From NCBI GenBank assembly GCA_965112735.1, contig OZ218961.1, forward strand, positions 3,269,848 through 3,333,847: a stretch of 64,000 bases of DNA. Direction: 5' to 3'. Shown one piece after another: positions 58,433 through 64,000 of this stretch. Under the pieces are notes generated by a model that saw only the letters and a list, made by a program, of their open reading frames with translations, did no database searches and was not told the origin of the DNA. A program made the position numbers and the translations under genes. Each line of letters begins with the position of its first letter. Positions within the stretch are counted from its first letter, which is position 1. The stretch comes from Phaeosaccion multiseriatum. Lineage: Eukaryota > Protista > Ochrophyta, other classes.

Positions 58433-59858
58433 GAACGAAGCGGATCTCAACTGGAACCCGGGTCTAGAGGCCTCGAACGAAGTGGATCTCAACTGGATCC
58501 CAGGTCTAGAGGCCTCGAACGAAGTGGATCTCAACTGGATCCCGGGTCTAGAGGCCTCGGACGAAGTGGATCGCAACTGGCTCTCGGATCTAGAGGCCTC
58601 GAACGAAGTGGATCTCAACTGAATCTCGGGTCTAGAGGCCTCGAACGAAGTGGATCTCAAGTGGTTCTCGGGTCTAGAGGCCTCGAACGAAGTGGATCTC
58701 ATCTGGATCCCGGGTCTAGAGGCCTCGAACGAAGTGGATCTCAACTGGCTCCCGGGTCTAGAGGCCTCGAACGAAGTGGATCTCGACTGGATCCCGTGTC
58801 TAGAGGCCTCGAACGAAGTGGATCTCAACTGGCTCTCGGGTCTAGAGGCCTCGAACGAAGTGGATCTCAACTGGATCCCGGGTCTAGAGGCCTCGAACGA
58901 AGTGGATCTCAAGTGGTTCTCGGGTCTAGAGGCCTCGAACGAAGTGGATCTCAACTGGCTTTCGGGTCTGGAGGCCTCGAACGAAGTGGATCTCAACTGG
59001 CTCCCGGGTCTAGAGGCCTCGAACGAAGTGGATCTCAACTGGCTCTCGGGTCTAGAGGCCTCGGACGAAGTGGATCTCGACTGGCTCTCGCGTCTAGAGG
59101 CCTCGGACAAGTGGATCTCAAGTGGTTCTCGGGTCTAGAGGCCTCGAACGAAGTGGATCTCGACTGGCTCTCGGGTCTAGAGGCCTCGAACGAAGTGGAT
59201 CTCAACTGGATCCCGGGTCTAGAGGCCTCGAACGAAGTGGATCTCAACTGGATCCCGGGTCTAGAAGCCACAGACGAAGTGGATCTCGACTGGATCTCGG
59301 GTCCAGAGGCCTCGAACGAAGTGGATCTCGACTGGATCCCGGGTCTAGAGGCCTCAGACGAAGTGGATCTCAACTGGATCTCGGGTTAGAGGGCTCGAAC
59401 GAAGTGGATCTCAACTGGATCCCGGGTCTAGAGGCCTCGAACGAAGTGGATCTCGACTGGATCCCGGGTCTAGAGGCCTCGAACGAAGTGGATCTCAACT
59501 GGATCCCGGGTCTAGAGGCCTCGAACGAAGTGGATCTCAAGTGGTTCTCGGGTCTAGAGGCCTCGAACGAAGTGGATCTCAACTGGCGCTCGGGTCTAGA
59601 GGCCTCGGACGAAGTGGATCTCAACTGGCTCTCGGGTCTAGAGGCCTCGAACGAAGTGGATCTCAACTGGATCCCGGGTCTAGAGGCCTCGAACGAAGTG
59701 GATCTCAACTGGATCCCGGGTCTAGAGGCCTCGAACGAAGTGGATCTCAACTGGAACCCGGGTCTAGAGGCCTCGGACGAAGTGGATCTCACCTGGATCC
59801 CGGGTCTAGAGGCCTCGAACGAAGTGGATCTCAACTGGATCCCGGGTCTAGAGGCCTC
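58433..59858. repeat. Subtelomeric 42-bp satellite, distal array (about 34 units, with small deletions near 59109 and 59387)
   Basis: Same consensus as the proximal array. Confidence 0.98.
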
Positions 59859-59887
59859 TGTAGCGGTATATAAGGAGTCATTGGCTC
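59858..59887 (+). repeat. 30-bp satellite-telomere junction piece, identical to 52820-52849
   Basis: CTGTAGCGGTATATAAGGAGTCATTGGCTC occurs at both positions in the same orientation. Confidence 0.92.
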
Positions 59888-62800
59888 TTAGGGTTAGGGT
59901 TAGGGTTAGGGTTAGGGTTAGGGTTAGGGTTAGGGTTAGGGTTAGGGTTAGGGTTAGGGTTAGGGTTAGGGTTAGGGTTAGGGTTAGGGTTAGGGTTAGG
60001 GTTAGGGTTAGGGTTAGGGTTAGGGTTAGGGTTAGGGTTAGGGTTAGGTTAGGGTTAGGGTTAGGGTTAGGGTTAGGGTTAGGGTTAGGGTTAGGGTTAG
60101 GGTTAGGGTTAGGGTTAGGGTTAGGGTTAGGGTTAGGGTTAGGGTTAGGGTTAGGGTTAGGGTTAGGGTTAGGGTTAGGGTTAGGGTTAGGGTTAGGTTA
60201 GGGTTAGGGTTAGGGTTAGGGTTAGGGTTAGGGTTAGGGTTAGGGTTAGGGTTAGGGTTAGGGTTAGGGTTAGGGTTAGGGTTAGGGTTAGGGTTAGGGT
60301 TAGGGTTAGGGTTAGGGTTAGGGTTAGGGTTAGGGTTAGGGTTAGGGTTAGGGTTAGGGTTAGGGTTAGGGTTAGGGTTAGGGTTAGGGTTAGGGTTAGG
60401 GTTAGGGTTAGGGTTAGGGTTAGGGTTAGGGTTAGGGTTAGGGTTAGGGTTAGGGTTAGGGTTAGGGTTAGGGTTAGGGTTAGGGTTAGGGTTAGGGTTA
60501 GGGTTAGGGTTAGGGTTAGGGTTAGGGTTAGGGTTAGGGTTAGGGTTAGGGTTAGGGTTAGGGTTAGGGTTAGGGTTAGGGTTAGGGTTAGGGTTAGGGT
60601 TAGGGTTAGGGTTAGGGTTAGGGTTAGGGTTAGGGTTAGGGTTAGGGTTAGGGTTAGGGTTAGGGTTAGGGTTAGGGTTAGGGTTAGGGTTAGGGTTAGG
60701 GTTAGGGTTAGGGTTAGGGTTAGGGTTAGGGTTAGGGTTAGGGTTAGGGTTAGGGTTAGGGTTAGGGTTAGGGTTAGGGTTAGGGTTAGGGTTAGGGTTA
60801 GGGTTAGGGTTAGGGTTAGGGTTAGGGTTAGGGTTAGGGTTAGGGTTAGGGTTAGGGTTAGGGTTAGGGTTAGGGTTAGGGTTAGGGTTAGGGTTAGGGT
60901 TAGGGTTAGGGTTAGGGTTAGGGTTAGGGTTAGGGTTAGGGTTAGGGTTAGGGTTAGGGTTAGGGTTAGGGTTAGGGTTAGGGTTAGGGTTAGGGTTAGG
61001 GTTAGGGTTAGGGTTAGGGTTAGGGTTAGGGTTAGGGTTAGGGTTAGGGTTAGGGTTAGGGTTAGGGTTAGGGTTAGGGTTAGGGTTAGGGTTAGGGTTA
61101 GGGTTAGGGTTAGGGTTAGGGTTAGGGTTAGGGTTAGGGTTAGGGTTAGGGTTAGGGTTAGGGTTAGGGTTAGGGTTAGGGTTAGGGTTAGGGTTAGGGT
61201 TAGGGTTAGGGTTAGGGTTAGGGTTAGGGTTAGGGTTAGGGTTAGGGTTAGGGTTAGGGTTAGGGTTAGGGTTAGGGTTAGGGTTAGGGTTAGGGTTAGG
61301 GTTAGGGTTAGGGTTAGGGTTAGGGTTAGGTTAGGGTTAGGGTTAGGGTTAGGGTTAGGGTTAGGGTTAGGGTTAGGGTTAGGTTAGGGTTAGGGTTAGG
61401 GTTAGGGTTAGGGTTAGGGTTAGGGTTAGGGTTAGGGTTAGGGTTAGGGTTAGGGTTAGGGTTAGGGTTAGGGTTAGGGTTAGGGTTAGGGTTAGGGTTA
61501 GGGTTAGGGTTAGGGTTAGGGTTACTTAGGGTTAGGGTTAGGGTTAGGGTTAGGGTTAGGGTTAGGGTTAGGGTTAGGGTTAGGGTTAGGGTTAGGGTTA
61601 GGGTTAGGGTTAGGGTTAGGGTTAGGGTTAGGGTTAGGTTAGGGTTAGGGTTAGGGTTAGGGTTAGGGTTAGGGTTAGGGTTAGGGTTAGGGTTAGGGTT
61701 AGGGTTAGGGTTAGGGTTAGGTTAGGGTTAGGGTTAGGGTTAGGGTTAGGGTTAGGGTTAGGGTTAGGGTTAGGGTTAGGGTTAGGGTTAGGGTTAGGGT
61801 TAGGGTTAGGGTTAGGGTTAGGGTTAGGGTTAGGGTTAGGGTTAGGGTTAGGGTTAGGGTTAGGGTTAGGGTTAGGGTTAGGGTTAGGGTTAGGGTTAGG
61901 GTTAGGGTTAGGGTTAGGGTTAGGGTTAGGGTTAGGGTTAGGGTTAGGGTTAGGGTTAGGGTTAGGGTTAGGGTTAGGGTTAGGGTTAGGGTTAGGGTTA
62001 GGGTTAGGGTTAGGGTTAGGGTTAGGGTTAGGGTTAGGGTTAGGGTTAGGGTTAGGGTTAGGGTTAGGGTTAGGGTTAGGGTTAGGGTTAGGGTTAGGGT
62101 TAGGGTTAGGGTTAGGGTTAGGGTTAGGGTTAGGGTTAGGGTTAGGGTTAGGGTTAGGGTTAGGGTTAGGGTTAGGGTTAGGGTTAGGGTTAGGGTTAGG
62201 GTTAGGGTTAGGGTTAGGGTTAGGGTTAGGGTTAGGGTTAGGGTTAGGGTTAGGGTTAGGGTTAGGGTTAGGGTTAGGGTTAGGGTTAGGGTTAGGGTTA
62301 GGGTTAGGGTTAGGGTTAGGGTTAGGGTTAGGGTTAGGGTTAGGGTTAGGGTTAGGGTTAGGGTTAGGGTTAGGGTTAGGGTTAGGGTTAGGGTTAGGGT
62401 TAGGGTTAGGGTTAGGGTTAGGGTTAGGGTTAGGGTTAGGGTTAGGGTTAGGGTTAGGGTTAGGGTTAGGGTTAGGGTTAGGGTTAGGGTTAGGGTTAGG
62501 GTTAGGGTTAGGGTTAGGGTTAGGGTTAGGGTTAGGGTTAGGGTTAGGGTTAGGGTTAGGGTTAGGGTTAGGGTTAGGGTTAGGGTTAGGGTTAGGGTTA
62601 GGGTTAGGGTTAGGGTTAGGGTTAGGGTTAGGGTTAGGGTTAGGGTTAGGGTTAGGGTTAGGGTTAGGGTTAGGGTTAGGGTTAGGGTTAGGGTTAGGGT
62701 TAGGGTTAGGGTTAGGGTTAGGGTTAGGGTTAGGGTTAGGGTTAGGGTTAGGGTTAGGGTTAGGGTTAGGGTTAGGGTTAGGGTTAGGGTTAGGGTTAGG

Positions 62801-64000
62801 GTTAGGGTTAGGGTTAGGGTTAGGGTTAGGGTTAGGGTTAGGGTTAGGGTTAGGGTTAGGGTTAGGGTTAGGGTTAGGGTTAGGGTTAGGGTTAGGGTTA
62901 GGGTTAGGGTTAGGGTTAGGGTTAGGGTTAGGGTTAGGGTTAGGGTTAGGGTTAGGGTTAGGGTTAGGGTTAGGGTTAGGGTTAGGGTTAGGGTTAGGGT
63001 TAGGGTTAGGGTTAGGGTTAGGGTTAGGGTTAGGGTTAGGGTTAGGGTTAGGGTTAGGGTTAGGGTTAGGGTTAGGGTTAGGGTTAGGGTTAGGGTTAGG
63101 GTTAGGGTTAGGGTTAGGGTTAGGGTTAGGGTTAGGGTTAGGGTTAGGGTTAGGGTTAGGGTTAGGGTTAGGGTTAGGGTTAGGGTTAGGGTTAGGGTTA
63201 GGGTTAGGGTTAGGGTTAGGGTTAGGGTTAGGGTTAGGGTTAGGGTTAGGGTTAGGGTTAGGGTTAGGGTTAGGGTTAGGGTTAGGGTTAGGGTTAGGGT
63301 TAGGGTTAGGGTTAGGGTTAGGGTTAGGGTTAGGGTTAGGGTTAGGGTTAGGGTTAGGGTTAGGGTTAGGGTTAGGGTTAGGGTTAGGGTTAGGGTTAGG
63401 GTTAGGGTTAGGGTTAGGGTTAGGGTTAGGGTTAGGGTTAGGGTTAGGGTTAGGGTTAGGGTTAGGGTTAGGGTTAGGGTTAGGGTTAGGGTTAGGGTTA
63501 GGGTTAGGGTTAGGGTTAGGGTTAGGGTTAGGGTTAGGGTTAGGGTTAGGGTTAGGGTTAGGGTTAGGGTTAGGGTTAGGGTTAGGGTTAGGGTTAGGGT
63601 TAGGGTTAGGGTTAGGGTTAGGGTTAGGGTTAGGGTTAGGGTTAGGGTTAGGGTTAGGGTTAGGGTTAGGGTTAGGGTTAGGGTTAGGGTTAGGGTTAGG
63701 GTTAGGGTTAGGGTTAGGGTTAGGGTTAGGGTTAGGGTTAGGGTTAGGGTTAGGGTTAGGGTTAGGGTTAGGGTTAGGGTTAGGGTTAGGGTTAGGGTTA
63801 GGGTTAGGGTTAGGGTTAGGGTTAGGGTTAGGGTTAGGGTTAGGGTTAGGGTTAGGGTTAGGGTTAGGGTTAGGGTTAGGGTTAGGGTTAGGGTTAGGGT
63901 TAGGGTTAGGGTTAGGGTTAGGGTTAGGGTTAGGGTTAGGGTTAGGGTTAGGGTTAGGGTTAGGGTTAGGGTTAGGGTTAGGGTTAGGGGTTAGGGTTAG
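59888..64000 (+). repeat. Telomere (TTAGGG)n, at least 4.1 kb, G-rich strand running to the window end
   Basis: Nearly perfect hexamer array with rare TTAGG, TTAC and TTAGGGG variants. Confidence 0.99.

Noticed and set aside
54584-59858. CRISPR array
   Set aside because: Units are head-to-tail with no unique spacers, there are no cas genes, and the context is eukaryotic.
54584-59858. Cloning-vector polylinker contamination
   Set aside because: About 120 diverged copies, an internal TSD-flanked insertion and continuity with the telomere indicate natural evolution.
54569-59873. Long ORFs (1149, 1038, 472 aa etc.) across the satellite as real genes
   Set aside because: They are by-products of a 42-bp unit lacking stops in several frames on both strands. 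They have no true ATG context, variation is non-synonymous in these frames, and indels and an insertion break them.
59122-60201. ORF running into (RV)n/(LG)n
   Set aside because: Translation of telomeric repeats.
60040-63995. Variant telomere units (TTAGG, TTAC, TTAGGGG) as a meaningful pattern
   Set aside because: Sparse and irregular; cannot be distinguished from sequencing or telomerase errors.

Overview
Right-hand end of a GC-rich eukaryotic chromosome, most likely a photosynthetic stramenopile (inferred from the 5S rRNA, gene families and targeting peptides). The first ~52 kb are gene-dense and carry about 15 mostly spliced genes whose GT-AG introns are full of microsatellites: PPR-SMR, SLC10A7/BASS-type symporter, LamG-like membrane protein, Sec20, calponin-homology protein, PIP5K, RPL12, PNPase, G-protein beta, GARP/PHR-type Myb, a kinesin with an IFT54-type CH domain, a Cys/His-repeat protein and ornithine aminotransferase. 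There is also one solitary 5S rRNA gene and a piggyBac-like MITE. Distally come a damaged P-loop ATPase gene, about 5 kb of a 42-bp subtelomeric satellite interrupted by a 176-bp solo-LTR-like insertion, a 30-bp piece copied elsewhere in the window, and over 4 kb of (TTAGGG)n telomere. The most striking unexplained signal is a 15-bp word, CAGTTGGTGATACAG. It occurs 8 times exactly and about 8 more times with 1-2 mismatches, in unrelated genes, on both strands, in different reading frames and in introns, which points to a DNA-level sequence code overlaid on the genes. Exon coordinates and motif counts were read by eye and need computational confirmation.
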